Source: Mobula hypostoma (lineage: Eukaryota). Taken from it: 64,000 nucleotides of DNA. The stretch lies in the NCBI RefSeq assembly GCF_963921235.1, contig NC_086107.1:113214001-113278000 (forward strand), written 5' to 3'. Below are positions 1 through 12,892 of this stretch, piece after piece. Each line of letters begins with the position of its first letter. Within the stretch, counting starts at the first letter, position 1. The translations under genes were made by a program, and so were the position numbers. A model generated the notes under the pieces. The model was not told where the DNA came from, ran no database searches, and saw only the letters and a program-made list of their open reading frames with translations.

Positions 1-303
1 CTCAAACACAATTGCTGGCAGCCCATTCTGCGTACTCACCACTCTCTACGTAAAAAAAATACCCCTGACATCTCCTCTGTTCCTACATCCAAGCACCTTA
101 AAACTGAGCCCTCTTGTGCTAGCCATTTCAGCCCTGGGAAAAAGCCTCTGGCTATCCACATGATCAATGCCTCTCATCATCTTATACACCTCTATCAGGT
201 CACCTCTCATCCTCTGTTGCTCCAAGGAGAAAAGGCTGAGTTCACTCAACCTGTTCTCATAAGGCATGCTCCCCCCAATCCAGGCAACATCCTTGTAAAT
301 CTG
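1..303 (-). mobile_element. CR1 RT C-terminal fragment
   Basis: LFSLEQQRMRGDLIEVYKMMRGID motif. Confidence 0.85.
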
Positions 304-478
304 TTTGGAGGAGCATTGAGGAGCCAGAGCTACAAATGCTTCCGATTGAAGAGTTCTTGGTCACCACCCAGTGCTCTGGAAGTTATGTGGACAATGAATC
401 CAGAATTAGATGAAGTTTACTCAACGGGTGAACTTCTCAGAATTGGATATCTGGTCACAACTCATTGTCTTGGCTCTT

Positions 479-764
479 TTTTTTTGGTGAGTGCGAGTTT
501 ATGCATGTGCGTCTGAGTGCGTGATGATGTCTTTTTCATGGCTTTTTACAAGGCGTGGAGCGAGAGAGAGACTGTGTGGCGCACCACTCCTCACACAGAT
601 ATTTTTGCAGTATTTTCCCTTTATTTTACGAGGTCGAGTTGCGATCTCGACACTCAACCCGGCATGGAAGGAAAGTGCACTTGGGGGCAGACCCGACTGG
701 CTTCAAACCCGGGTACCTCCGTTCCCGGGTCCGGCGCCGATACCATTGCGCCACCAGCCGGCCC
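479..764 (-). mobile_element. tRNA-derived SINE with poly(A) tail
   Basis: A box TGGCGCAATGG and B box GGTTTGAAGCC on minus; TSD TCTTGGCTCTT at 468-478 and 768-778; possibly related head at ~60225. Confidence 0.8.
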
Positions 765-799
765 TTATCTTGGCTCTTCTTCTGAAGAAGGAATAGATT

Positions 800-2760
800 G
801 GCTGGTTGAGTGGAGTTGCAACTGCGACTTTGCACTCACTGTCAGTAAGACCAAGAAAGTGATTGTGGACTTCAGGAAATGCCAGTCAGAAGAACACACT
901 CCGTTCCTCATCAAGGGGTCAGTGGTGGAAGGAGTGAGCAGCTTCAATCTCCTGAGCACCGACGTTTCAGAGGCTCTATCCTGGGCCTAACATTATGCAG
1001 CTATAAAGAAGGCACGACAGCAGGCTATATTTCGTTAGGAGAGTGAGGAGATTTGGTACGTCACCAAAGACTCTAGCAAATCTCCGTGGAGAACATTCTG
1101 ACTGGTTGCATCACCTCACAAAGGGTAACAAACTCAGCCAACTCTATCCTGGCCACTAGCTTCCTCATCATTGAGGACATCTGCCAAAGGCGATAACTCA
1201 AGAAGGTGAAGAAGGACCCTCACCATTCAGGACACGCCCTCTTCTCATTACCACCATCAGGGAGGAGGTACAAGTGCACACTCAACATTTTAGGAACAGG
1301 TTCTTCCCCTCAACCATTAGATTTTTGAATGGTCCATGAACCCATGAACACTACCTCATTATTTAGCCCTCTTTTTGTACTACTAATTATTTAATATATT
1401 CTTTTTGTAATTTACAGTTTTTTAATGTATTGCACTGCACTGCTGTCACAAAACAACCAATTTCATGACATTTGTCAGTGATAACAAACCAGATTCTGAT
1501 TCTAAAGATGGTCCAGATCAAGTTCCAGTGCAGATGAACCCTGGAGATCATGGCAATATTAGGCTTTAAAGGAAAAGTATCAAGACATCCTCTCTCATCA
1601 AAACAACTTTAATAGCACATTAGTCAACCCAAAACACTTCAAAAAGCTTTAAAGGAAGGGAAATATATAGAGGTGCTCAGAGATTTCAAAGTTCAAAGTA
1701 AATTTATTATCAAAGTACATATATGTCACCATATACAACCCCGAGATTCATTTTCTTGTGGGCATACTTAACACATCCAGAATAGAATAATAACTATAAT
1801 GGAGTCTATGAAATGCCACACCAACTTGGGTGTGCAGAAGACACCAAACAGCTCAAATACAAAATAATAAATAAACAAATAAATAAATAACTATTTAATT
1901 GTGAGCTAAAATATCAAGGAGATTAGGAGGAGATGATGGTAGGGAGTGAGAAAATAGGAGGATTCAATTGTGATTAGAAAACTCAGGGCATTGGGAGTAA
2001 TGTAGGTCAGGTAGAGTGGGTGATTCATTGTAAATATTTTGATATTCAGGAAGGGTAAGACGAGGAAACACACACCAGTCTTCATAGCAGGAGAAGTGGA
2101 GAGAGTGAGCAATTTCAAGTTCTTGGGTGTCAATATCTCTGAGGATCTAACCTGGTCCCAGCATAACGATGCATCTACAAAGAAGACACGACAGTGGAGT
2201 TAGCTCATTAAGGGTTTGAGGAGATTTGGTCTGTCACCAAAGACACTCGCAAATTTCTACAGATGTACCGTGGAGAGCATTCTCACTGGCTGCATCACCG
2301 TCTGGTATGGGGGAGGCGTGTGGCATCAAGGAGGAGCTACAGGAGCCTGAAGTCACACACTCAACAATTCAGGAACAGCTTCTTCCCCTCTGCACTACTT
2401 TTTTATTTTTATTTTTTGAAGATTCAAAGATTCAAAGTGCATCTATTATCAAACAATGTATAAATTATACAACCTTGAGATTTGTTTGATTACAGGCAGC
2501 CACAGAGCAAGAATTCCAGTGAATTCAATTATAAAAAAGAGGGACCATAACAATTGCGCAGAGAAAGTGGAAACACACACACACACACACACACATCACG
2601 CAAACAACAGAAGCAAAAAATAGTTTGCTCTACTTGTTTAATTTGACTATTTAATATATATATATACTGACTGTAATTCACAGTTTTTTTCTATTATTAT
2701 GTATTGCATTGTACTACTGCTGCAAAGACAACAATTTCACAACACTCAAGCCTGATTCTG
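800..2760 (+). mobile_element. Cluster of decayed Rex1/Babar-type LINE fragments (mostly plus strand)
   Basis: KTKKVIVDFRK...VSSFNLL; GATTCT-type tails at ~1500 and ~2760. Confidence 0.7.
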
Positions 2761-3732
2761 ATTTTAATATAACGACTACCAAATGTCCTCTTGACGGCAT
2801 TTCCCCGTTTTAATTTTCTAATTGCATCGTTGCCAGGGTAGGTTGTTTAAACTCTTGACTTGTTTTCATTTTTTTTTCTCTCTATGGCATACGTTCAATT
2901 GGCTTCCTGTGGAATGAACCAGTTCACTCAGAAGCAGGAGCCATAAAAACATAGGCATCCTTGTCCAAGGATGCAGCAGTAACTGGCTCCGGGAATACGC
3001 TTTAATTTATGGGACCAGCATGTTAATTTAGAACTCTTATTGGAAGAGTCAGAGAATTATACAGCCCAGAAACAGACCCTTTAGCCCAACCCATCCATGC
3101 CAACCAAGATGCTATCCTCTACTAATTCAATTGGACCACGTTGGCCCATATTCCTAAAACTTTCCTATCCATGTACCTGTCCAACTGTTACTTAGATATT
3201 GATTTGTACCTCCCTCAACTCAATCGTCGAGTATATTTAAAGCAGAGCTTGATGGGTATTGCCCGGAAGAAGATGGCACCAGTGAACAATGCTCCAAAGG
3301 CAACGTTTCTCAAGTTGGGTCACGAAGCAATTCCTTTCACTTCTCCTGCATCTTTTTATTTCAGATATGGTTCTGCTACTGTTAGAGCTTGTTATCTACA
3401 TTCTGACGGTGTGATTTTGGACCGATCGGGCGATCTGCACTTTGGTGTCTCTGAGAGTGTTCCACGAGGCTGTGAGCAAAGCAGTGGAGGCCAGGGAGCT
3501 TAGAGATGCGGCACGAGCCCATGATCGACTCGGTCTCTCACTGAATAAAGCGCTGAGGAAGATTGAAATCATCGAGGCGAGTGCGGAAGACGAGCGAGTG
3601 TTCAGCGCCACCTACCAGCCTCTCGCTCCCTGCTACTGGAGAAGGCGCCTGCGTGTGGCGTCCTCTCACTGTCTCTTGCTCGCTACTCCTGAGGGAAGCC
3701 CTTTGCATTCGGGTGATCCCTGTCCTTTCCCT

Positions 3733-4615
3733 TGTTACGTAACCGGCAACAATGAATATCAATTGAGACAGGTTATATAAAAACAACCAAACATTTATTA
3801 AACACGGATAAACAATAAAAAAAGACAAACAAAAATCTTAACCGGAAGTTAACCGCTACGCAGCCGTTCAACAAATCGTCACTCGGCACTGGTTCTTAAA
3901 GCGTTAAATGCAAAAACAGTTCTTAAAGCCGTAAAGTCAGATACAGTTCTTAAAATGGTAAATTCAAAAGTCCAACAGATTTATACGTTCAATTTGGAGA
4001 GACTTCTCTGAAGAAGGATTTCTTCATAGACGCGACTTTCCTGTTGGTTCTGTCCAAAGGATTCACGATGCAGGAAATAAACAGTTTAAAACAACTGACC
4101 TTAAATTCTAGAGAGCAACTTGCATGAACTCTTTGCTCTATTGGCAAGAGTTATCTTCAATGCAGGTCACTACTGCTTCAACAAAGACTCAGTAAGGTCG
4201 ATCCTTTGTTAAACTGCCGAACGATACAGGACTCCTCTCGATCCTTCGGGTCCTGTACTTCGATAAAGTCTTCACTCTCCCGTACTACTGCTAGAATAAA
4301 GTACATCAACACATCTAGCAAAAATTTCCAGTCCAACACTATTGTACCTTGCAACAGAATGTAACACTCCGTTTTAAAAATGAAACTGCGTCATAAAAAC
4401 AAATACGCAACAGAAACTGAGACACATCAACGTTCTACCTGGAAAACTAAAAACTAAAAACTAACTGCGTCATCTGGGGTCTTCCTTTATATACCCGTGG
4501 TGAACAGGTCATCACATGACCTCACATCGGCGGGAAAATTACATCAGGTGACCTCCAAAAGACCATTACATCATTCTCACACAAAAAATCACAGATCTCC
4601 TTGAGGTATGTAACA
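3733..4615 (-). mobile_element. Solo LTR (Gypsy/ERV type)
   Basis: TGTTAC...GTAACA termini; 4-bp TSD CCCT (3729-3732, 4616-4619); minus-strand TATA (~4490) and AATAAA (~3795). Confidence 0.88.
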
Positions 4616-6631
4616 CCCTTGATGCCATCAGTGGACGGTGCTGTAGGAAGGCTTAATGAACGCAATTGTAGATTTGGACTCTAAATCAGTTTTTATGGAG
4701 TGCTCTAGTTCTAGTTCTAGTTCTAGTTCTGGCCACTTTTTTTGTTACTACGTTTGGGTGATTTTTAAATCACGATGGCCTGTAGATACTGAAATATGCC
4801 CTTTGTGTTTTCAATTGTTTTTTGTTGCCGTTTGCATGAATTTTTTTGGGCGTGTGGGGGAAGAAGGGGTTTGAAGTTTGATGTTTCTTCTTTGTTTTGT
4901 GGCTGTCTGTCGGGAAGACCAATCTCAGAGATACTTTGATAAGAGATGTACTTTGAACTTTGTACTTAGTTAGAAAGTGCATCAAAGGTTATTGGGAGAA
5001 GGCAGGAGAGTGGGGTTGAGGGGGAAAGTGTATCAGCCATGATCGATTGGCACAGCAGACCAATTCTCATTGAGGCACGCAAGTCTCCAAACCCAGCAAC
5101 AAGGTTGTGATCCTCTCGGAGGGGCCAGAAGAGGTGGTTGACCATGACACAGAGAAGCAGAATTGGTCGGCGACATCAGCGAGGAACCAGGTCATCCTAC
5201 GGGCTGCATCGCAAAGGTCCAAGTCGTCCAGGCCGAACCTGGAGGTATCGAAACGCCAAGCCACGCGGCGAGTCTGAGAACAAGAACAAGAACTCACCGC
5301 TGGTGGAGAAATGCAGTTAGAGCCACCGTCATTTGAAGATGTCTTTGATGTTGGGTATGGTTGTACCCATGATGGAGCTGAATGTGCCTACAATACTTTG
5401 CAATCTCTTGCAATCCTGCACATTGGAGCCTGCACACCTGCCTTACAAAGTTCTATAGAAATTTGAAAGAGTCTTTGGTAACATTACAAATCTGAAAGCC
5501 CGGCGAAGTAGAACTGCTGGCATGCCTTCTTTGTGATTGCTTTAGTGTTTTGGGGCCAGGACATTAGAGATTAATTTTCAATGCCAGTAGACTCCACGGC
5601 TGGGAGCACAGAGGGAAACACTGTCTTTATTTTTCTTTATTGGCCCTTCAGGACCGGGATATTGCGAACAAGACCAACATTTATTGCACATCCTTAATCG
5701 AACTTGAGAGGGCAGTACTGAGCAACCAGTACCCCTACTGTCCGGAGAGAAGAAAGATAAGAGGTAACTTGACAGGGAGATATAAGATTATTAGAGGAGA
5801 GGACAGAGTGGACAGCAAGGGTGACAATAGCCAATACCAGAGGACATGTTTTTAAGTTAAGTGGAGGAATATTCAGGGGGAGATTTTGAGGCAGGTTTTT
5901 GTACACAGAGGTTGGCAAGAATCTGGAACACACTACCAGGGGTCGGTGGTAGAAACTGGTACGTTAGGGACAGTTTGTTGGCTCTCAGGATAGCAGCAGG
6001 CACCTCAAACATTCGACCTCGCAGAATGTTATCCCTTAAACCATCAACCAGAGGGTGGTGAATCTATGGAATTTCTGGCCACCCGTGGTTGTGGAGACCA
6101 AGTCATTGGGTATACTTAAAGTGCAGGCTGAAAGATTCTTGATTAAGAGGGGTGTCAAGGGGAGAAGGGAAGAGAATGGGATTGGGAGGGGTTATAAGTC
6201 AGCCGGGATTGAATGGTTGAGTAGACTCAAGTGGCCTAATTCTGTTCCCAGGTTTTATGACTTTATGGTCTTATCAGTGCAGGGGGTGGAATGTGTTTCA
6301 GATACAATATGTGGCACAGCTCTTTCCCTTGGCTGCTCCAACTTTGCCTTCAAAGCCTGTGACTTCAACCACCAGCAAGGTTAAGGACATGTGTACGACT
6401 TAAGTGATCTTGTCCAAAACGTGCACTAGTCTGACCCTGGAAATATATCGGCATTCCTTCACGTTGCCAAAGTTATTTTGTTTCAATATGAAAATGAATG
6501 TTATTCATAATAAAAAAATATTTACAAGAATAAACTGTGCAATGCTGTTTCATTCTTACATTGATGGACAATGCCCTACGTACTGCTCTGTTGTGTTGCA
6601 GAAGTTCTGTTCTAGTTGAGAGAGATAATAA

Positions 6632-7426
6632 CAATGGACAACAAGGATTTTACTTCCTGAATACTCTTGTGTGTATCTTATGGATTTTGGGCTGCTGATC
6701 CTGAAAATCACCATGACATGTCCCAATCATGCACCATTTTTTGGAAATCACCTGTATTTGTTATTTCAATTCATAATTCAAGTCAGAGTACCTGATGCCT
6801 AGATTAAGGAAGGCCCTTTTGTTGGTCCACAAATCAATCAGGTCATCAATGACAGGGAAGTTGAAGAACTTCTAGTGGACTGGAGAAAATCACATGGAAG
6901 GCATTCAAGGATGTTGAAAATTTTCTTGGCCACTACAGAGCATCAAACTACATGCAGCTGGTTGACAACAAGCTTCAAGCACACAAAACTACAAAGTGCA
7001 AGATGTCACTAAAGATTCTGCATTCCCACTTAGACCTCTTCCCTGCAAATCTTGTCACTGTCAGTGCCGAGCATGGTGAAAGGTTTTACCGGGACATTGC
7101 GGACATGGAGAAACGGTATCAGGGCAACTGGAATCCATCAATGCTGGCTAATTATTGTTGGACACTTAAGCAAGAAGCCTAAGACACTGAGTTCAAATGA
7201 AAATCATCAACAAAACATTTTTAGCTTAGTTGAACTATTGCAAAGCGTCAGCACCGTTATGCAATTAAATGCATTATATTCAATAGAAGTTAACTTCTTG
7301 TTTCTCCAAATTTCTACATGATACAACTAGTCTGAAATGATATTTGTGTTCAGCTTCAAGTGGTCTGTCATGAACAAAAACAAGTTTTAAAGAAGCAACA
7401 CTTCCGAAAAAATTTGTTGTCCGGAG
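6632..7426 (+). mobile_element. Internally deleted Chapaev3-like (CMC) DNA transposon
   Basis: Transposase C-term MSLKI.HSHLD.FP.NL..VS.EHGERF..DI..MEKRYQG.W...MLA.YCW; decayed TIRs CAATGGACAACAA / TTGTTGTCCGGAG. Family assignment is from memory. Confidence 0.7.
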
Positions 7427-7459
7427 CATTTAACTTTTAATCATCGCTGAAGCGGATGA

Positions 7460-8480
7460 TCAGTTTGTTGTCATTTGTGGACAATAAACATGCAAAAGAC
7501 AACAAATGGTGCAAATACTAAAAAAGAAAAAGAAACAAACAAAATAATAAATAATAATTAACAAATAATAAATAAGAATCCATAAATATCGAGAACATGT
7601 GATGAACCATCCCTGAAAGTGAGTCCATAGGTTGTGGGAACAGTTCAGTGTTGGGTTGAGTGAAGTTATCCCCTCTGGTTCAAGAGTCTGATGGTTGAGG
7701 GGTGATGACTGTTCCTGAACCTGGTGGTGTGGGTCCTGAAGCTCCTGTGCCTCCTTCCTGATGGCAGCAGCGAGAAGAGAGCATGGCCTGGATGGTAGGG
7801 GTCCTTGATGATGGATGCTGCTTTCCTGTGATAGCACTCAAAGGTGGGGAGAGCTTTACTGCTGATGGACTGGGCCGTATCCACTACTCTTTTGCGGGTT
7901 TTTTCATACAAGGGCTTTGGTGTTTCCATACCAGGCTGTGATGCGACCCGTCAATGTACTCTCCACACACATCAATAGAAGTTGGTCAAAATTTTAGGTG
8001 ACCTGCTGAATTTTCACAAGCTTCTTAGAAAGCAGAGGTGCTGCCGTGCTTTCTTTGCAATGGTTCTTACTTGCTGGACCCAGGACAGTAGGTCTGACAT
8101 GATGACACTGGGGTATTTACCGTTGCAGACCCACCCAACCTCGGATTCCCTGAAGAGGACTGGCTCATGGATCTCTGGTTTTCTCCCCCTGTAGTCAACT
8201 ATAAGGTCTTTGGTCTTACTGACGTTGAGTGAGAGGTCGTTGTTGTGGCTTCATTCAGCCAGATTTTCAATCTCCCTCCTGCATGTTGATTCATCAACAG
8301 CTTTGATTCGGCCCACGATGGTGGTGTCTTCAGCAAATTTAAATGTGGCATTGGAGCTGTGCTTGGCCTCTCGGCCTTAAGTATAAACCAAGCAGAGCAG
8401 GGGGCTAAACACACAGCCTTGTGGTCCTCCCGGGCTGATGGAGATTGTGGAGGAGATGTTGCTGCCAATCCGAACAGACA
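7460..8480 (-). mobile_element. Rex1/Babar-type LINE fragment
   Basis: SIIKDPYHPGHALFSLLPSGRR...TTRFRNS motif. Confidence 0.8.
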
Positions 8481-8574
8481 ATCAGAAGAAGAACTACATT
8501 TTTATCGACTTTATTTAGGATCAAGGAGCAACTTTATTCACTATATACATCTACACGTATTAGGAAATCCCTGT

Positions 8575-9720
8575 GCAATGCACACAAAATGGTGGAAGAA
8601 CTCAGCAGGCCAGGCAGCATCTATGGAAAAGAGTAAACAGTCGACGTTTCAGGCTGAGACCCTTCCTCAGGACTGGAAAGGAAAGAGGTCAGAGTGAGAA
8701 GGTGGGGGGAGGGGAGGAAGAAGTACGAAGTGGTAGGTGACAGGTGAAACTGAAAGAGGGGGGAGAGGTGAAGTAAAGAGCTGGGAAGTTGATTGGTGAA
8801 AGAGATAAAGGGCTGGAGGAGGGGAATCTGATCTTCTTTGGCTGTCTATCGATTTTCAACGTTGACTGAAGCCTGGGCAGGGTTGTATGGAAGACCGGCA
8901 GTTGCCCATGCTGCAAGTCTCCCCTCTCCACGCCACCGATGTTGTCCAAGGGAAGGGCATTAGGACCCACACAGCTTGGCACCGGTGTTGTCACAGAGCA
9001 ATGTGTGGTTAAGTGCCTTGCTCAAGGACACAACATTCTGCCTCAGGAGAATCTGATGGGAGGGGGTAGAAGACCATGGAAGAAAGGGAAGGGGGGGAGG
9101 AGACCCAAGAGGGGATATTGGGCAGGTAAGGAGATAAGCTGAGAGGGGGGAATGGCGAAGAGCAGGAGGTGAGCAATTATCAGAAGTCTGAGGAATCGAT
9201 GTTCATGCCACCAGGTTGGAAGCTACCCAGACAGAATATGAGATGTTGCTCCTCCAACCTGAGTGTGGCCTCATCCTGGCAGTACAGGAGGCCGTGGACT
9301 GCCATGTCGGAATGGGAATGGGAATGGGAAGTGGAATTGAAATGGACGGTCGCTGGTAGATCCCTCTTTTTGTGGTAGATGGAGTGAAGGTGCTTGGCAA
9401 AGCGGTCTCCCAATCTATGTCGGCTGTCACCGGTATACAGGAGGCCACACGGGGAGCACCAGACCCCCCAGCAGACTCACAGGTGAAGTGTCGGCTCACC
9501 TCGAATGACAGTTTTTGGGGGGGGGGGCTGCTGAATGGTAGTGAGGGAGGAGGTTTAGGGGCAGGTGTGGTGCTTGTTCCACTTGCGAACGAGGAGGGGG
9601 ATCAGTGGGGAGGGATGAGTGTGTTGCTTTGGGTTTCCAGCATCGGCCTGAAACGCTGACTATTTACTTTTTTCCATAGATGCCATAGATGCTGCCTGAC
9701 CTGCTGAGTTCCTCCTGCAA

Positions 9721-9757
<37 letters not shown>

Positions 9758-9809
9758 GTGTGTGTGTGCGGAGGCCTTTGAATTTCCAGCGTCTGCAGAA
9801 TCTCTCGTG
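8575..9809 (-). mobile_element. Penelope-like element: GIY-YIG C-terminus, pLTR with hammerhead motif, inverted pLTR copy
   Basis: GDRFAKHL...HFNSTSHSH...RLEEQHLIF.LG..QP.GMN (9180-9413); 15-bp TSD TTAGGAAAT(C/T)CCTGT at 8560-8574 and 9810-9824; interrupted by a SINE at about 8833-9045. Confidence 0.88.
8638..8675 (-). ncRNA. Minimal hammerhead motif
   Basis: Reverse complement CAGTC CTGAGGA AGGGTCTCAGCCT GAAA CGTC GACTG. Confidence 0.7.
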
Positions 9810-10330
9810 TTAGGAAATTCCTGTCTTGTGTTCGCACACCAATCAACAGAGAAACAAAAATGTTCAACAATTATATACAGAATAAAGAACTTCATAAAAA
9901 ATAAAGTTGGAAGTACAGATGTAGAATAAAATGAGCATGAATACAGAAAAACCAGCATGTATTCACAGTGTAAACTGTGTTATAAAGAGCAGTACAAAGA
10001 TTTCCCTCGCGGGAAATACTTTCCCAGGTTGTCTGCATCTACCTTTTGGACAACATCGGGAGGAGTGGAAATGCAATCAAATAAACACTGAAGGAACAAA
10101 CTCCATCTTTTGGTTTATTTTAGATAAAAATAACACAACAAACAATTTGGAAATCATTATCCTCGTACTTACAGCAATAACTCTGGCGTATATCTTTCAA
10201 GGTCCTTCCCCAGATTCAGAAGGTCCCGCCAAGGTCTCAGCGAGCCTAAACCTCGCCTCTTCCAGCATCAGCTCCCCGTGGTGCTTGGCCAACCTTCTCA
10301 GTAGCTTAGCGGCTAGCGCGACACTGTTAC

Positions 10331-10497
10331 GAACAAGAGAAAATCTGCAGCTGCTGGAAACCCAAGCAACACACACACAAAGTGCTGGAGGAACTCAGCA
10401 GGTCGGGCAGCATCTATGGAAAAGAGTAAACAGTCGACGTTTCGGGCAGAGACCCTTCATCGGGACTGCTGAGTTCCTCCAGGATTTTGGGCGTGTT
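10331..10497. mobile_element. Penelope-derived mini-element inserted in a V-type SINE
   Basis: pLTR sequence; 13-bp TSD GCGACACT(G/A)TTAC at 10318-10330 and 10498-10510. Confidence 0.82.
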
Positions 10498-10703
10498 GCG
10501 ACACTATTACAGCTCAGAGCGTTACGGAGTTATGAGTTTAATTCCAGCGTCCTCTGTAGAGAGTTTGCACGTTCTCCCCGTTAACCACGTGTTTCCCCCA
10601 GACACTCTGGTTTTCTCACACAGTCCAAAGACATACCAGCTGGTAGGTTAACTGGTCATCATAAATTGTTCTGTGATTAGGTTAGGGTGAAAAAAAATAA
10701 GTG

Positions 10704-11880
10704 AGTCCCCTACCTACAGGAAAAATGTAAATAAAGTTGAAAGAATGCAGAGAAAATTTACAAGGATGTTGCCAGGTCTGGAGGACCTGAGTTATAAGGA
10801 AAGGCAGATGAGATACAATGTTGAGAAATGTACGGTTGTACATTCTGGAAGAAGAAATAATCGGGCAGACTATTATTTAGATGGGGAGAAAATTCAAAAA
10901 TCAGAAGTGCAAAGGAACTTGGGGGTCCTCGTACAGGATACCCTAAAGGTTAACCACCAGGTTGGATCGGCAGTAAGGAAAGTGAATGCTATGTTGGCAA
11001 CACACTAAAAAGTTGCTGGTGAACACAGCAGGTCAGGCAGCATCTCTAGGAAGAGGTACAGTCGACGTTTTGGGCCGAGCCCCTTCATCAGGACTGCATC
11101 TGCATCTGCAAATTTCCTCGTGTTTGCTATGTTGGCCTTCATTTCAAGAGGAATAGTGTATAAGAGTAAGGAGGTGTTGATGAGGCTCTATGGGGCATTA
11201 GTGAGACCTCATTTGGAATACTGTGTGCAGTTTTGGGCCCCCTATCTTAGAAGGGATGTTCTGATGTTGGAGAGAGTGCAGAGAAGATTTACGAGGATGA
11301 TTCCTGGAATGCTGGGGCTAACATATGAGGAGCGTTTGTCGGCTCTTGGACTGTATTCATTAGAGTATAGAAGATTGAGAGGGGATCTCGTAGAAACATT
11401 TTGAATGTTGAAAAGGTTGGACAGAGTAGATGTGGAAAGGCTGTTTCCCTTGGTGGGTGAGTCCAGGACAAGAGGCCACAGTCTTAGAATTAGAGGGTAC
11501 CCAGTTAAAACAGAGATGAGGAGAAACTTCTTTAGCCAGAGGGTTGTGGATTTATGGAATTTGTTTCCACATGCAGCTGTGGAGGCTCGATCATTGAGGG
11601 TGTGTAAGGAGGAGATTGATAGGTATCTAATCAAGGGATATGGGGAAAAAGTCGGAAATTGGAACTAGATGGGAGAACAGTTTAGCTCATGGTGGAGCGG
11701 TGGAGCAGACTTGATGGGCCGAATGGCCTACTTCTGCTCCTTTGTCTTGTGATCTTGTGAATCTGGTGAATAGGTTAGGAGTTTATTCCTTGAGACGTAG
11801 AAGATTGAGGGGAGATTTGATCAAAGTATACAAAATTATAGGGGGTACAGATAGGGTAAATGCAAGCAGGCTTTTTCCAC
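10704..11880 (+). mobile_element. Nested CR1 fragments
   Basis: LVRPHLEYCVQFWAP...RGDL; an inner copy with a (TCTTGTGA)n tail interrupts an older copy. Confidence 0.85.
10999..11124. mobile_element. Penelope-derived mini-element inserted in CR1
   Basis: pLTR sequence; 12-bp TSD TGCTATGTTGGC at 10987-10998 and 11125-11136. Confidence 0.85.
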
Positions 11881-11904
11881 GGGGACTGTATTGACGGAAA
11901 TAAA

Positions 11905-12723
11905 TTGATATTTCAGGACTGAGACCCTTCTTCAGGACTGGAAAGGAAGGGTGAAGCTGCCAGGATAGTAAGGTGGGGGAGAGAGGAAGGAGGTCTAGCT
12001 CAAAAGTGAGAGGTGAAGCCAGGTGGGTGGGAAAGGTAAAGGGCTGGAGAGGAAGGAATCTGATAGGAGAGGAGAGTGGACTATAGGAGAAAGAGAAGGA
12101 GCAGGGAACCCAGTGAGAGGTGATAGGCAGGTGAGGAGAAGAGGTAAGAGGCCAGAGTAGGAAGACAGAAGTGGGGGAATGGGGAAAAATTACTGGAAGG
12201 AGAGATCGATGTTCATGCCATCAGGTCGGAGGCTACCCAGACGGAATATGAGGTTTTGCTCCTCCACCCTGAGGGTGGCCCCTTATGTTCTGTCTGGGTA
12301 ACCTCCAACCTGATGGCACGAATATCAATTTCTCCTTCCGGTAAACAAATTTCACCCCCCCACTTTCTCTATTCCCCACTCTGTCCTTTTACTTCTTCTC
12401 ACCTGCCCATCACTTCCCCCTGGGTCCCCTCCTCCTTCCCTTTCTCCCATGGCCCACCCTCCTCTCCTATCAGATTCTTTCTTCCCCAGCCCTTGACCTT
12501 TCCCACCCACCTGGCTTCACCTGTCACCTTCCAGCCAGCCCCCTTCCCCACCCCACACCACCTTTTAGCGTCTTCCCCCTTCCTTCTCAGTCCTGATGAA
12601 GGGTCTCGGCCCAAAACATTGACTGGTTATTCAGTTCCATAGTTGCTGCCTGACCTGCTGAGTTCCTCCAGCATTTTTGGTGCATTGCCCTGGAATTCCA
12701 GCATCTGCAGACTCCCTCGTGTT
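11905..12723. mobile_element. Penelope-like element, inverted (minus plus plus) pLTR pair
   Basis: Same pLTR sequence in both orientations; hammerhead-like CAGTCCTGATGA...GACTG at 12588-12625. Confidence 0.8.
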
Positions 12724-12839
12724 AGAAATTCAATTTTATCCTTTTTTAATGCGTTAAACACGTTACAATTGTCCTCACGCACAACTTGTTAAGAATAGTA
12801 CCGCACAAGGTGTGAGGGGTCCCACTTCGCTGTGAGGTA

Positions 12840-12892
12840 TGGTCAAAGGTCAGAGATCACAGCATGCAATTCTGACCTGGGTTATATAAAAG
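12840..12892 (+). promoter_or_regulatory. Candidate TATA promoter with nuclear-receptor DR1
   Basis: TGGTCA-A-AGGTCA (12840-12852), TGACCT (12873), TATAAAAG (12885) in non-repeat DNA. Confidence 0.45.

Noticed and set aside
5067..5320. CpG-rich patch with short ORFs on both strands
   Set aside because: No recognisable product or convincing splice-site pair; sits between TE fragments.
9931..10584. 217-aa ORF with a hydrophobic stretch
   Set aside because: Runs through SINE and Penelope-derived sequence; no recognisable domain.
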